Assembly (NCBI GenBank): GCA_003427395.1
Contig: BFEA01000019.1
Coordinates: 23,983-87,982, forward strand
DNA length: 64,000 nucleotides
Direction: 5' to 3'
Origin: Chara braunii
Lineage: Eukaryota; Plantae; Charophyceae
This document shows positions 49,225 to 61,634 of this stretch, piece after piece (positions within the stretch are counted from its first letter, which is position 1; each line of letters begins with the position of its first letter). The notes below the pieces were generated by a model. The model did not search any database and was not told the DNA's origin. It was given only the letters and a program-made list of their open reading frames with translations. Position numbers and translations under genes: made by a program.

Positions 49225-49650
49225 GCGTCGGACCACCCAGTGACCAGGAGTCCCCCGCGGTGGCGGACTGCCCAATGGTCCGGCGTCCCCGCAGTGCTGG
49301 ACCATCTGGTGGCCTGGAGTCCCTGCGTCGCCAGGCCATCCTATGGTCCAGAGCCACGAGGCGCCGGACCGTCCGATGGACATGGCGTCCCCTGCGGCGG
49401 CGGACCATATGGTCGTCCAGAATCCCCGTGGCGCCGGACCATCCGATGGTCTGGAGTCCATGTGGCACCTGGCCATCGGATGGTCCGGAGTCCCCGTGGC
49501 GCCGGACCATCCGATCGTCCCGACTTCCCGTGGCGCTGCACCATCAGATGGTCCGGAGTCCCCACAGCGCTGGAACATCAGATGGTCCAGAGCCCGAGGC
49601 GCCAAACCATCCGGTGGACATGGCGTCCCCACGGTGGCAGACCATCCATT
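49225..49650. repeat. ~34-bp minisatellite (~13 units) with palindromic core GGACCATC-N-GATGGTCC
   Basis: Units such as cggaccatccgatggtctggagtccatgtggcac; outliers near 48862 and 48985. Confidence 0.85.
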
Positions 49651-49985
49651 GCTCCGCGCCGCGGGGACGCTGCACCGTCACCGACATGCCTCCGGTCCTC
49701 TTCTTCCCAACCTGCATTCGCCTTTCTGCCGCTTTTTTCCCGCCATTTGCATTTTGGCGCTATCCTTTGATTTAAATAGTAAAAGTCGTTAGGGTAGATG
49801 ACCGGGAATACTGTCGCCATTCACGGCATCTGTCCCATCCATGGCAAAAGAACATTAAAAAAAAGGGAAAAAAAGCAACTTCCATTTAGCCACCATAGCG
49901 GGTATGGATGTTTTTTGTGGTAACTTCGGCGCAGTCACAAAAATAGTTTGTAATTGCATTCTAATTTCTAAACACTGATTTCACA

Positions 49986-52250
49986 CTTTCTTTTTTTTTT
50001 TGTCTTTTTTTTTTTTTAAGTTGTTCAGTTTTTCTCACTGCTGGAAAACGGGTCCAGCGTCCCTCACATAATAGATCGAAATGAAACTTCTGGTAACAGG
50101 TGGGAAACATACTATGACCTCTTCACCTCGAAGGCGCCTGGAATGACTGTGTCATGCTAGCCTAAAATGCTACTTCCTGCTCTGCTATTCTGCAATGTTC
50201 AACGCACTGCGGCCAATTCTGTAGTAGACATAAGACTTAGTTAGACTGTGAAACTAAGCCCGTCTGTTATTGGTCTTGTTGGAGTTGGAGCTATTGTAGA
50301 CCTTTCTGACAGCGCAAAGGTATTCCCTGAGGAAACGGGGACTAATATGTTTATGGGGGTCTCGGTCCCCGCAACCATGGAGAAAGGGTGATAGTACCTC
50401 GGTTTCTGTTTCTGGAGGCCAACCTACCATCTCTTCCCCAGGTGCTGAAAAACCTTTTCAGTCTTGGTCTCAAGCTGAGGAAACTACCCCCTTGTAGACC
50501 TTTCTGACAGCGCAAAGGTATTCCCTGAGGAAACGGGGACTANNNNNNNNNNNNNNNNNNNNNNNNNNNNNNNNNNNNNNNNNNNNNNNNNNNNNNNNNN
50601 NNNNNNNNNNNNNNNNNNNNNNNNNNNNNNNNNNNNNNNNNNNNNNNNNNNNNNNNNNNNNNNNNNNNNNNNNNNNNNNNNNNNNNNNNNNNNNNNNTAT
50701 GGGGGTCTCGGTCCCCGCAACCATGGAGAAAGGGTGATAGTACCTCCGTTTCTGTTTCTGGAGGCCAACCTACCATCTCTTCCCCAGGTGCTGAAAAACC
50801 TTTTCAGTCTTGGTCTCAAGCTGAGGAAACTACCCCCTTTCCTCCAGTCAGCCCAGATCATAGCTCTTATGTTTCCTAAAACCGTCTGAATTATAAACGT
50901 ATCCGAATAAAACTTCTGTCTGAACAGCCTATCGTTTCTAATTTTCCAAATGACGTTCATGATAGCAGCCCGCACAGCAACCGCTATGTACCCCCAGCCT
51001 TTTGTCGCCTTGAAACCTTGGGGCAGGATGCCATCAAGGACGAAATGCCTGTCCCAGCATATCCCGTCTGGTCCACACTTCTCCCAATGATTGCTCCACC
51101 ACATCCAGATACGTTTGGATTCAATACAGTCCCACCACAGGTGCTCCATGTCCTCCATACCTTTCCTGCATATCAACAGTGATCTGAGACTTGCATATTC
51201 CTCTGACGTAGCCACTTGGCCGTTGGCACGGCCCTGTGCGATTGCAGCCAGGCCAGACTTGAGAATTTAACTGATGGGATCTTTTTGAGTGACTTCCAAA
51301 GAACCTTGAGGTCTTTAGTTGTAACCGGTTTCTTCCCGGGGGTCCCTCTCCGGTGAGATGCGTTCCAATTGCTTTTCACTTCGAAGGCTACTGTAGACGG
51401 CTTTGCCTGTGTGAGATAACCCACCTTGGGTCTGTAATCAAGGAGGGTGATCGGTTGGTCGGAGCCTGGGGGGCTCCAGCCCCAATGGCATGGTAAACCA
51501 AACAGATTACTAACTTCTACCTCTCCAAGAGGAACCTTCCAGGGTTTGTAGAACCAGTATTTGGGCAACCTTCTGATCTAGCTTCAGGCACTCTTGGTCT
51601 GCCTCCTGTAGCACAGAGAGGGAGCCAGAGTCTACCTTGGAAACAAGACCTCTAGTTGCTACAGCTTCATTTTTTATTTTTATTTATTTTTTTAATTATT
51701 TTTTTTATTTTTTTTTTACAGAAACAGCCTGGGCGACTGCTAGGGGTGCTTATGTGATCAGACACCACTAGCAGTGCCGGGATGGCTCCATCTATTGGTG
51801 GGGAGCAACACCTGCTGGAAATCGGGTCCAGCGTCCCTGTAAAGCACATTTAAATTGAATTACACAGTTTGATGTATCCATTTGAGCTGTGAGAGCAATC
51901 TGATCGTGAAATGTTATTATGCATGTGGGTGAGGGGGGCTGTAATCGGCCCAGCTCTCGTAGTGAGTCTGTGAGCAGTTACCCTGTAGCCTGTACTAGCT
52001 GTCGATTGTTCTGCTGTCCTTAACTACCAGGATTTTCCAGGGAGAGATCTCTCCATCCTCTCCCTTAGCCACTACCCAATAACCCTCTAAAGATTTCTGC
52101 GGATTTTGGATTTTCTCTACCCATTCGGTTGGAATACTGTCTATCACGCCGTTAACTCTTTCCGTAACCAAGTGAAGGTTGTGTAGTTTTGCTCTTAATT
52201 CCAGTGGGGACCTCCACTGTTGCAGGTCAGTGTTCCACAAGTCCCTGATC
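49986..52250 (-). mobile_element. LINE 3' fragment(s) with a nested tail retrocopy (~51666-51900)
   Basis: LQSHRAVPTAKWL, EDMEHLWWDC, WKIRNDRLF; tail motifs at 50039-50063 and 51784-51837. Confidence 0.85.
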
Positions 52251-52873
52251 CGTGACCCGACCTTCGGACTATTTCAGCCTCGAACCAGGGACCTGTAGCT
52301 GGACTCGCCATTTTTTTGGTTTTTCGTTTCGCTTGTGTTTTCAGAGGGTCGGACCGACCGGGAGGAACCTGGACCTTTTTGCCCCCGAACCGTCAGAAGG
52401 GCTCTAGTGTGGTGTGGTGTGGTACTGACAGGACAGCTTTCAGGCAGGAGGATTTTCGTTGACATGGGATATAAGGGATATCGAAGACCGACGGTCTCCT
52501 CTTTCGCCGAGTGGCGGAGATGCGAGGGTTGAGGACTGTAGGGGACTAAGATTGGGGTCGGTCGTCAACAGGACGACGGGGTTATCGCATTATTCATCAC
52601 TCTCATCTTCTTTGAGCTTCAAGCTGACCACTGTTGACAATCACGTGTTAACGTGAGTCTGTTTATAATGATGATGCTTGATGATACAACACAGCTTCTT
52701 GGTGTGCAAGTGTGCTGTACTGCTGTTGTACTTTGCAATTTGTGATTTCCTATCAGTTAAGGTCGTAACCATCTAGGAGATTATACCTAGCGGAGGTGGC
52801 GGCTTATGGGAATCAAGTGTTTCTGTGAAGATTTCGTGTTTTGCTGCTTCGGTGAAGAGTTCACGATTGCTGA

Positions 52874-54076
52874 TTGATGAGCGAGAGTTCCGAATCAAGG
52901 GAAAGTATGGAACGGGGCGGAGGCGGTGGATTGCCACCAGATAATCGTAAGTGCTACAAGTGCGGAGAAAGCGGTCACTTCATACGTGATTGCGCCGAGT
53001 TCTGGCAAGCGAAGGCGCAAGGGCTTATGTTCATACCGTCATCACAGGTAAACACACAAGCATGTACGGGGAGACCCGCGGTGGTCGGCACGAATACGAT
53101 GGCGAGACGGAGCAGATCGGCAGAAAGTGGAAATGAGAAAAGTGCAACGGGTGAAGATATGAACGCACTCATGCGGGAATACTTTGTGCAGATGGCCGAA
53201 GAACGGAGACTTCGGGTCGAACGAGAAGCGGAAGAAGTAAGGTTACGACAAGAGGCAGAAGAGAGACGGATCAAGGAGAATAGGAGACTACAAAGGCAGG
53301 AAGAGAGACTAAGGCTAGAAGAAGAACGAGACACGCGTTTGCTACGAATAGTATGGAGCGAGATGAGAAAAGACAGGGAAGAAGAAAGGGCGAGGTACAA
53401 AAGGAAAGGTAAAGGAGCTGCTAGGATGAGTGTGCGCAATGAGGCGATGGAGGCTGAAAAAGAGAAGCTACGCCGCTTGATCGCTCCAAAGATCCTCGAA
53501 CCTGCCGAAGAGGCGGAAGACGAAGAACTCCTTTCCTTAAGGAGAATGGCGGCAAGACTCAACTTGGTGGAGAAGCGAAAACGAGGACCAGATATTCCCA
53601 TCGGGAACAGTCCGCCGATGGTAACACCGGAGAAGAAACTGAATACAAAGTTGACCGAAGAGACCAAAGCGAGAATCGAGCCTTTGAAGAGTGAGCAGGG
53701 TGCAGATTATGGGTCTGCAAGCACCCCATCGAAGATCGACTTGTCACTCAAGCATATATCAGCATCTTGTGGCGTCGGGGGTAAAGAGAGATTCGAACAG
53801 GAATGTCAGAACTTCTATGACTCCCTGTCGATAGAGGAGCTGAAAGAAGCTTGTCGGCGCGAGAAAGTGACATACGGCAAAAAAGAATTGGCAATCAGGA
53901 GGCTGGTTATTCGAAGAGCGGCAATAGCCTACGACCCAGTTGTTATTCCACTGCCATCTACTCCATGCACAGGGACCAGAAGCACTAAGGGAGTAGTTAT
54001 CAAGGAAGTAAAAGACGTGGAAGCGGACGAATTCTCTGACTCCGATGAGTCCTATTTCGAGGAGGGATCGGAATGA
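52874..54076 (+). CDS. Gag-like ORF: CCHC knuckle, coiled coil, C-terminal SAP-like motif
   Basis: CYKCGESGHFIRDC; E/R-rich helix; YDSLSIEELKEACRREKVTYGKKELAIRRL. Confidence 0.8.
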   Translation: MMSESSESRESMERGGGGGLPPDNRKCYKCGESGHFIRDCAEFWQAKAQGLMFIPSSQVNTQACTGRPAVVGTNTMARRSRSAESGNEKSATGEDMNALMREYFVQMAEERRLRVEREAEEVRLRQEAEERRIKENRRLQRQEERLRLEEERDTRLLRIVWSEMRKDREEERARYKRKGKGAARMSVRNEAMEAEKEKLRRLIAPKILEPAEEAEDEELLSLRRMAARLNLVEKRKRGPDIPIGNSPPMVTPEKKLNTKLTEETKARIEPLKSEQGADYGSASTPSKIDLSLKHISASCGVGGKERFEQECQNFYDSLSIEELKEACRREKVTYGKKELAIRRLVIRRAAIAYDPVVIPLPSTPCTGTRSTKGVVIKEVKDVEADEFSDSDESYFEEGSE

Positions 54077-54172
54077 GAACTTTTTCGTCGCGACGACTAT
54101 CTTGAGATCGCCGAATATATATGTGAACGTAGACCACAGAACAACGGGCGGAGTAAAGATGATGAAAGGATT

Positions 54173-54742
54173 TTGCGTGCTGCTACTATTGGACTGATCC
54201 TAGAAGGACGACTTAAATGGGGCGAGAAATTTGTAGAGTATTGGGGAGACGAAGAGAAGAAAAGCAATTTCGAACTAACGGAACCTCATAGTTGTGTATA
54301 TCTGCTAATATCACCTTGGTATAAGCAGACATACATCGGGCTTACCGCGAGAGGGTTATGGGCGAGATGGCGTGAGCACTTTAGCCATGGTCAGAAGGGT
54401 AGCAAACAAAGGAGGAAGCTATACAACAGGTTGGGGAAGGTGGGTGCTCATCGTTATGTGGCTCTACTACCTCTGTTTATTAGCGAGGATCGTTCGGAAT
54501 TGGAATCCATGGAGGATACCTTGATCAGGCAATGGTCACCAACGTTAAACATTAGATCGATTAAGGTAAGGAAAGCGCCGAAGAAGAGTAAGCGCAGATC
54601 GAGAAAGAAGGAACGGAGGAAGTGGAGGAAGGATGATGGGACAAGATTAGTAGCGTATCAGAAGCAGAGCGCAAAGATCTTGGAAGTACGACAGGGCGGC
54701 AATACAGTAGGAACGGTTAGAATCTTGGAAACACTACGGTAG
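54173..54742 (+). CDS. GIY-YIG endonuclease domain (start of decayed ORF2)
   Basis: CVYLL...TYIGLT...ARWREH...ELESMEDTLIRQWSPTLN. Confidence 0.88.
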   Translation: MRAATIGLILEGRLKWGEKFVEYWGDEEKKSNFELTEPHSCVYLLISPWYKQTYIGLTARGLWARWREHFSHGQKGSKQRRKLYNRLGKVGAHRYVALLPLFISEDRSELESMEDTLIRQWSPTLNIRSIKVRKAPKKSKRRSRKKERRKWRKDDGTRLVAYQKQSAKILEVRQGGNTVGTVRILETLR

Positions 54743-57668
54743 TTGTCGAAACGGAAAGGGGGAGCTGTTCTCATTTGTAACGGAGGTAATACTTGTATTA
54801 CTTGAGTTGATGGTTGGCAACTTGGTGGGTCGTGCGAAGGCTGTTCGGCGAAAGCAGAGTTAAACACGAGAATGGGACAAGACCACTACGTAACTGTAAA
54901 AAATGTTTCGAAATCGAAGGGAGGGTCACTCTTCACAGAGTTACGGAAGCTTCACCAGCTTTCCTAGCTCTTCGCGATGAGATGGTCGAGATGTTCAAGA
55001 ACCCGAGGAAACGGTCTCGCCTAAGGAAGAAGAACCTTGTCGATTTAGCCAGGTATTACTGTGCGGTGAAAGGCATTTACGACCAAGACGAGCAGGACGA
55101 AAGCAAGGTCGATGATCTTTAGGGTCATAAGGGATAAATTCGACGTGAATATCGAGCCAGGACTATAGCGAAAGTACAGTGTGACGATAGGATTAAGAAG
55201 AGTGAGGTTATGAGGGTGGTGAGGAGGAAAGTGGGAGGTATGCAAATGGAGGCACCTATCAAGGAGATGGTAAAGCGGCGTGCGCGGGTTGTATGGAAGA
55301 GATGCCCTAACGTGGGCGAGATTCTTCAAAACCACTGACAATTTGCATCGGTGCGTGCGTCCAGCTGTCCATGTGCTGGATTGCCCCTTCCCAAGAGGAA
55401 CAGGCACGTTCATCTCCGAATTGGTGATCTTGATGGCGTACCAGGGATCGCGTGTAATGCGAAGAATGTACCACGCTATGACCACGATCAGAGGGATCTT
55501 TTGCTGAGTAGAGAGTTAAAAAATGCGTTTGAAGCTTGGAGAAGTACTTCGAGATTAACCGCTGAAGAATTATAGTATCACGATCGGAGGTTGCTGTTTG
55601 TTTTGTGAATAAGGATGGACGTTGTCAGGAGAATGGTATGAAGGAAGTCTTGACCCTGAAGGACCGCTTGAAAGGATTGGTACTGGCACCGCTCAACCGT
55701 AACCCTGGTGACACTCTGATTCTGTGTCCACAGTTGTACGATAGCGGGATGGAAGAAACCTTTTTGACTAGTGATGACTACAGAGTGTGTGAAGAACGAG
55801 AACAGGAGGTTCTGGCACGAGCTAAGCGAGAGTTCACAGCACGGGGCTTCACGACGAGCGGGAGGTGGGATCCAAAGGGAGAATTTGGGAAAGCTTCAAA
55901 CAGTGTGGTCTGGCGGGGCAGATCTGGCCCATTAGTCCTTGCCGTCACACTGTGTAACCATTTGAACGCGCTGAACGCGCGTTCGCGTTCAAACGCACGA
56001 AAAAATTGAACACGGCGCCGTTCCCCCCCCGTGTGTCGGGGGCTACGGGGTGGTGAGCGACGTTCTTTGAAATGGGACAAAGAGAAAAACATTGCCCCCA
56101 TACCCCAGCCNCCCCCGCCCTGGCCCTGGTGACCCGCCAGCAAGTCGGTCCACCCCCGCCCCCAGACCCCCCACCAACCATCCACCCACAAATCCCCCCC
56201 GGCCCCCCCCCAACGTCACAGTGCTGAGTGCCTCTCAAAACCCGTGCAGTCAATGCCCTGTGACGCCCAACCTCACACCCATCGCAACTTCCTGTTTTCA
56301 CAGTGGTAGTGCGCTTGGAAGTGCGAAAAGGGGTGTGCCAAGGATTTTAGGATAGTGGGGGTGGAGTTCCAGGTCGGAACTGGAATTTCCTGTATCAAGT
56401 TCCGTGGGTAGAAGCGCAAGTGTCTCTTTCGGCTCAGAGTTGGGGTGATTGCCGATCTTGTGGCATGGACCGCGTATGGTGCTCGAGTGGGGCACTACGG
56501 GTGTCTCGGTGGGAATGCTCATACCGTTGTCGGCCGACGCAAGTCTCTGGGGCTGATGAGGACGAACTGCGCTCTCGTTGTTCGGTTTCAGAACGGGTTC
56601 GTCAAGTGATCCCCGTCGGACCGTACGCGTCGTGCTGCTGACAATCTGAGCACGGCGGTCGGGGCCAAAATCGAGCTATGGACTCCCAGGGGGCGACGAG
56701 TAGTTGGTGGTACGGGAGGACGATGTAATAGGGAGGGAAGTTAGTGGTGATGGCCACGAAGCCCGGGGTTAGAAGGTAATGCTGGGTTCGACTATCGAGA
56801 TAATCCGGGATCCGGGAGTCCCGGTTTATTGCCAGTTGGAAATCGCCCCTGCACAACTACTCGTTTCCAGTTCAGTAGGGGTACTAAGGGTTCCGTAGGT
56901 TTCGTCGTCGTCTGGTCTGTTGCCGTCTGACTTGTTCCCTTTCCCAATACGCTCGGTATTCCGGATCTCTCAGGCTCTCGCGATCGGTAATCCAGAAAGG
57001 AGTTTCGATCGCCATATCCTATTTGGCGGAACTTAGCGCAGGCATCTTCGACGAGCGGGATCGGGTTGGCTCTTGCATGCGCGAGCGTAGGCCGCAGGTT
57101 ACCTTTGTGGGCGGCTACCTTACGCATGCGTGCACACGAGCCGGCCGATCGGATCGGAGACTGCGTGCGAGTACGTTGCCAATGAGCGATTTAACTGCGT
57201 GTCAATTTATCTTATATGCCTGCAGTTAGTCCTTCCGTGCAACCGTTATCCAAATCTCAGGCAGAACTAATCAGTGCATACATGCTCACACCATCATATA
57301 CAAAAGAGGGCAGAGTTAGTTTAGCATTCAGACCCAACGCACCCTGTGATCCTCGCAATCATGCGCGACTCAAAAACAAGTGATTGGACAAGATGCGCGC
57401 GTAGGTCGTTATACGCGCAACGCAGACGGGTACTCAAAAGTGACGAAATTGGAATTGAGCAAAACAAAATGGGAGATTAAGGACAACTCAAAAAAAAAAG
57501 GGACGCGAGTTCATTCATTCTTATGCATACATACACACAAAGTAGATAGTCCGAGATGATTCACACAAGAAATCCGAAGGTGCGGCAACAGAATTGACCA
57601 ATCGTTGGAATCAAAACTTCAAGTTTACGTAGAAGGTAGGGATAAGAAGACATTATTCCACCATATCC

Positions 57669-57671
<3 letters not shown>

Positions 57672-57734
<63 letters not shown>
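57672..57734. repeat. (TC)n microsatellite
   Basis: Direct sequence. Confidence 0.95.
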
Positions 57735-57736
<2 letters not shown>

Positions 57737-58938
57737 GGGCAGTCCATCGCCCCGCATCTCCAAAGCTACACAGAGTCGTCACCCCGCTTGGCCTGAGTGT
57801 GCAAGCCAGGTTCGTCCACGTGCCACAGTCCTTCGCGACCACGCGTCAACCCCGCGCACTCAGCACCAGCTCGTCGGATCGCCCAACTCTCATACTCACT
57901 CACATTCCAAACTTGCTCGTTAGCCGACCCTCACTAATCGCGCTAACCTCGAGATTCTTAGAGAGACAACTAATCGCGCTTGCGAAATTTATAGCATGCA
58001 TGCTGGCGCGAGGGATACGGGATTAGCACAAGTGATGAGAAAGAGGAAAGAGGGAATGCCTACGTCTGCATGTTCAGGCCGCGGCGCGGGGGACGAAGCC
58101 ACTCTCCGCGCATTGATCCGGGCATGCAACGTGGGAACCACTTAGAACAGAGGGGGAGAGTGTGCATACGAAGACGAGGCGGGAAAGAGAGAAACACAAA
58201 GGCCATCAAGAACAAGAAGATTACAGTTGCGATTGTGCCCGCCAAAAGCTACAGTTACACACAGGACTAAGGCGCGGATGGAAATCAGAGCCCAGACCCT
58301 GTCGAGGCACGGCGCGTGCAAGTAAGAAGCGCCATGCAGAAAATTGCAAGGTGCCTAAATTCCTAGTCTAAATCCTTATTGCAAAAGAAAATTCCGAAAA
58401 AAAAACAATTCCAAGAGCCTGCGGTGGCTCGACATTAGTTCAAATTTTAAAAACGAAAATTCTCGCGCGCTAATCGTGCCAAAATTCCTAGTGCTCTCAG
58501 CAGAACAAGAAAGAAGTTATGGCAACCGTTATTTCTCGCGCTCGCTAGGGCGCGGTCACTCAATCGTCGGCGCGGGACTTTCCCGGCACCGGCCCGACGA
58601 ACTCCAATAAAAGCAAAAGGAAACGAGGGCATCCATGCAACTTGCCCAACCGATCCCCGCTTACGCCCGTCACCCATCAAAGCCCTCCTGTTTCCCCACA
58701 GCAGCCTCGCGCAGGAAGTCGCGCGATTACAGAAGATAGTTCGTCACATGCCCCGGTATCTCTGGGCCAATCAATGCTGGTGGGTACAAGAAGTCTTTTT
58801 TGGTTACCAATTGTGTGTGTTCATGGACCCGTTTTCCAGCAGGACGGCTGTATCACCCCCTCTAGTAGTAGATACCAGTTAATTTTCCAAAAAAAAAAAC
58901 AAAACAAAGGACACTGCACCCAGGGCAAAGGGCACTGG

Positions 58939-59678
58939 GTGACAAGGGAGGGAGTGAGAGTAAGTGAGGAGGAGAGTGAGAGGAATAGTTGGTGCTTTGT
59001 TAGATCCGGAGTGATGGATTTTGGACGGAGGGGAGCTAATATGTAGCAGCACGATTTCCCCCCTGTCTCCCAACCACCATCTTTCCTCTCTAAACCTGCT
59101 TTATTTCAGTCCTTGTTCACTCTGTCTAACCTTTCCTGTCTGGCCTTGCCACCTGTTTTCTCGATCTCTTAGCTTTGGTTTGTGGGTGGTAGCCAAACTT
59201 CAGTCAAGATTTTATCAGCGCAACCTTGGTCGGTTTTCTTTTAACCAGGCTGCTCTAAAATTCGCTGCCAATGTGATATTTGGGTAGGACCGACGGAGGT
59301 CAGTGCCGGAAGGCAGGGGTAGGGATAGCCACTGGTGCCCCCCAGTGGCCCCTCCCGGTACCCTGATCAGGCACAAGGTTGGGGAAGGAGATGCGGACCA
59401 TCAGCTCTTGGTTCCAGGTTTTGGGATATGCTCACACCTGCTCAGTCAATCCTCTGGTTTCCAGAGCAATCAATGCTGGCAGGAATCCTCTAGACACCAT
59501 CCAGTTTTTTCTATGCATCATTCTGTATCAATTTCTGTATGGGACGCTGGACCCGTTTTCCAGCAGGTGATGCTCCCCACCAATAGATGGAGCCTCTCCC
59601 CAGGTGCTAGGCTAAGCAATGTCTACGCTAAACAGCATTGCTAGCACTGGTGGGTCTGTTTTCAAAAAAAAAAAAAAA
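58939..59678 (+). mobile_element. Non-coding LINE-tail retrocopy or SINE with 17-bp TSD
   Basis: TSD AGGGCAAAGGGCACTGG at 58922-58938 and 59679-59695; internal-loop hairpin 59437-59483; pseudoknots 59541-59593; poly(A). Confidence 0.9.
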
Positions 59679-59700
59679 AGGGCAAAGGGCACTGGATTAA

Positions 59701-59999
59701 ACCGCCAGTACCTTTCCCATATGTAGCCTGGGGCCCTTGTGCACCAAGCATTTGGGATGTATCTGGTTGGGGCGCATGCCCCAGGACCCCGCACCAAGCA
59801 TTTGGGATATATCTGGTCTGGGTGCATGCCCGGGGACGGCCTCCGTGTTAACGGCAGGCAATTGTTTTTTGCCTGGTGAAGGTGCTGGCGGTTTAAGCAT
59901 CTGAATCTCCATGCCCTATCATATACACCCAGGGCGAAGGGCACTGGATGAAGCCTCGGAATCTGGACCTTTTTTGGGCCTGGGAAAGGTATTGGCGGT
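59701..59999. mobile_element. MITE with TTAA TSD
   Basis: TTAA-ACCGCCAGTACCTTTCCC ... GGGAAAGGTATTGGCGGT-TTAA; the right end plus flank is also duplicated at ~59878-59955. Confidence 0.8.
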
Positions 60000-60977
60000 T
60001 TAAGCATCTGAATCTGGATGCCTTATCCTATACACCCAGGGCCAAGGGCACTGGCTGAAGCGTCTGAATCTGGATGCGTTCTATGTAGAGATGCACACAC
60101 GCAGAAAAGAAGATCCGAATCTGCATGGGTTCTATGTATAGATGCAGAAAAGAAGACCCATAGCAGTTGTGTGCATCTCTCCACAAAAACATCCAAGTTC
60201 AGGTGTTAAATATACTCCAGGACCTACCTTCTTCCCCCCACTACAGCATATTAATGACTCATTATTCCTGTATTTAGACTCAAAGATACCCCAAATACAA
60301 CTATAATGACGGTACGTTGTGTTTGGGGGAAGAAGGTACTAGTGGGATCTTGCCCCTGGTTTCCAGCATGTGCAGCATGTGGTGCTCACGAGAATGGGGT
60401 TGGAGAAGCGGATCGGAGCCGTCCACAAACTCACAACCACCAGTACCTCCACTTTTTTAGGTCGTTAACGCGGTAGCTGAATCGGTGCGCCACGCAGGTC
60501 CATATGCATTTGCCTCAGAGCCTCCCCAGAGGGGGCCTAAGACCTCCCTCTCTCCACTACTCATGCACAAAAGACAAAAGATATGAACGGGGGCCAAGTC
60601 CCACTCACGCTGATTCTTCACTCCTGACCGTTGATCATCATAATCTGCGATCAGCAATTGAGAATTCGGCTAACTTGAAGTGGGACTTGGCCCCGGGTTT
60701 CTTCCCAGGTGCTAGTGAAAGATTCCTTCTCGTCTGGCAATTATGGTGGAGCAAGGCCCAAAGGCCCGTCGCTCTACTACAAAGAATTGTCCATGTATCT
60801 GTAGCCTATCTCAGGGCATGCTCACACTTGCACATATTTTCGCAAAACATACACGTACTACGCTAATCTGCGAAAATACGTGCTAGTGTGGTCACATTAT
60901 CTCACATAGCAGGTAGCACCAAACGACAAAGACAGCAGTCACAGCACCCAATACCTTTCTCGGCCTTTTGGCTAAGA

Positions 60978-61459
60978 GGCTAGCCACACAGGCTCAGCCT
61001 GTGTCTAACCAGGTTCTCGACAATTTTGCATCGCCACACAGACTTTCGAAGAATTGATACTTTCGACAGCCACCCTCCAGCAATCGCTTCCTCCAGCCCG
61101 CAGGTGACGGAAATTCGACAATGGCCAGCCGACCTTTCGAGAATTGCGTTCGAATTTGCGTTTGCACGGTCAGGGACTGTGTTCCGTGACACCCGTGCCC
61201 TGTCGAAAGGCGGAGTCCGCCTGGCTATGACTCCATGACCAAAAACCTTGCCCCTCTACAGCCTGTGTGGCGAAAGGGGGGGTAAACTGTCGACCGCCTG
61301 CTTCCAATTTTTTTCTGACAACTGTTGAAACTCAAATGGAGTGGGGGTGCGCCAGGAGATATATATCGAGAGGAGTGGTGGGATGGGAGTCTCGTGAGTG
61401 AAAGAAAAAAAAAAAAAAAGAGTTTCGACAGCCTGTCTGACAGCTGTCAAAACTCTAAG
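60978..61459. mobile_element. 482-bp TIR-less non-autonomous element inside U2
   Basis: 5-bp TSD TAAGA; multiple TTTCGACAG-like repeats in both orientations; terminal hairpin GAGTTTCGACAGC...GCTGTCAAAACTC. Confidence 0.7.
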
Positions 61460-61468
61460 TAAGATCAA

Positions 61469-61634
61469 GGGCCAGATCCCACTGGCAAAGAGGATTGGAA
61501 TAAGCCTCTGAATCTGGACCTGTCTGTGGAGAGGTGCAAACTATTGTGATTGAACTGCTTTTCTGCATCTCTGTGTGGAACATGTCCAGATTCAGCCACT
61601 TATTCCAATCCTCTTTGCTAGTCGGATCTGTCCC
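61469..61634. mobile_element. 166-bp PIF/Harbinger-like MITE inside U2
   Basis: ~50-bp TIRs GGG(C/A)CAGATCC(C/G)ACT(G/A)GCAAAGAGGATTGGAATAAG; 3-bp TSD CAA. Confidence 0.88.

Larger units (their letters stand above)
52260..55900 (+). mobile_element. Penelope-like element with N-terminal GIY-YIG (Chlamys-type), 3'-truncated
   Basis: Zinc-knuckle ORF, then GIY-YIG, then decayed pre-RT segment (GLVLAPLNRNPGDTLILCP). RT core not seen. Boundaries approximate. Confidence 0.7.

Noticed and set aside
48958-49820. Multiple overlapping ORFs on both strands
   Set aside because: By-product of the GC-rich minisatellite.
50295-50838. Direct repeats resembling LTRs
   Set aside because: Near-identical sequence duplicated around an N-gap; assembly artifact.
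56553-56570. Hammerhead core CTGATGAG
   Set aside because: No stem II, GAAA or stem III.
60978-61634. Spliceosomal intron in U2 snRNA
   Set aside because: No GT-AG ends; TSDs and TIRs show transposon insertions.
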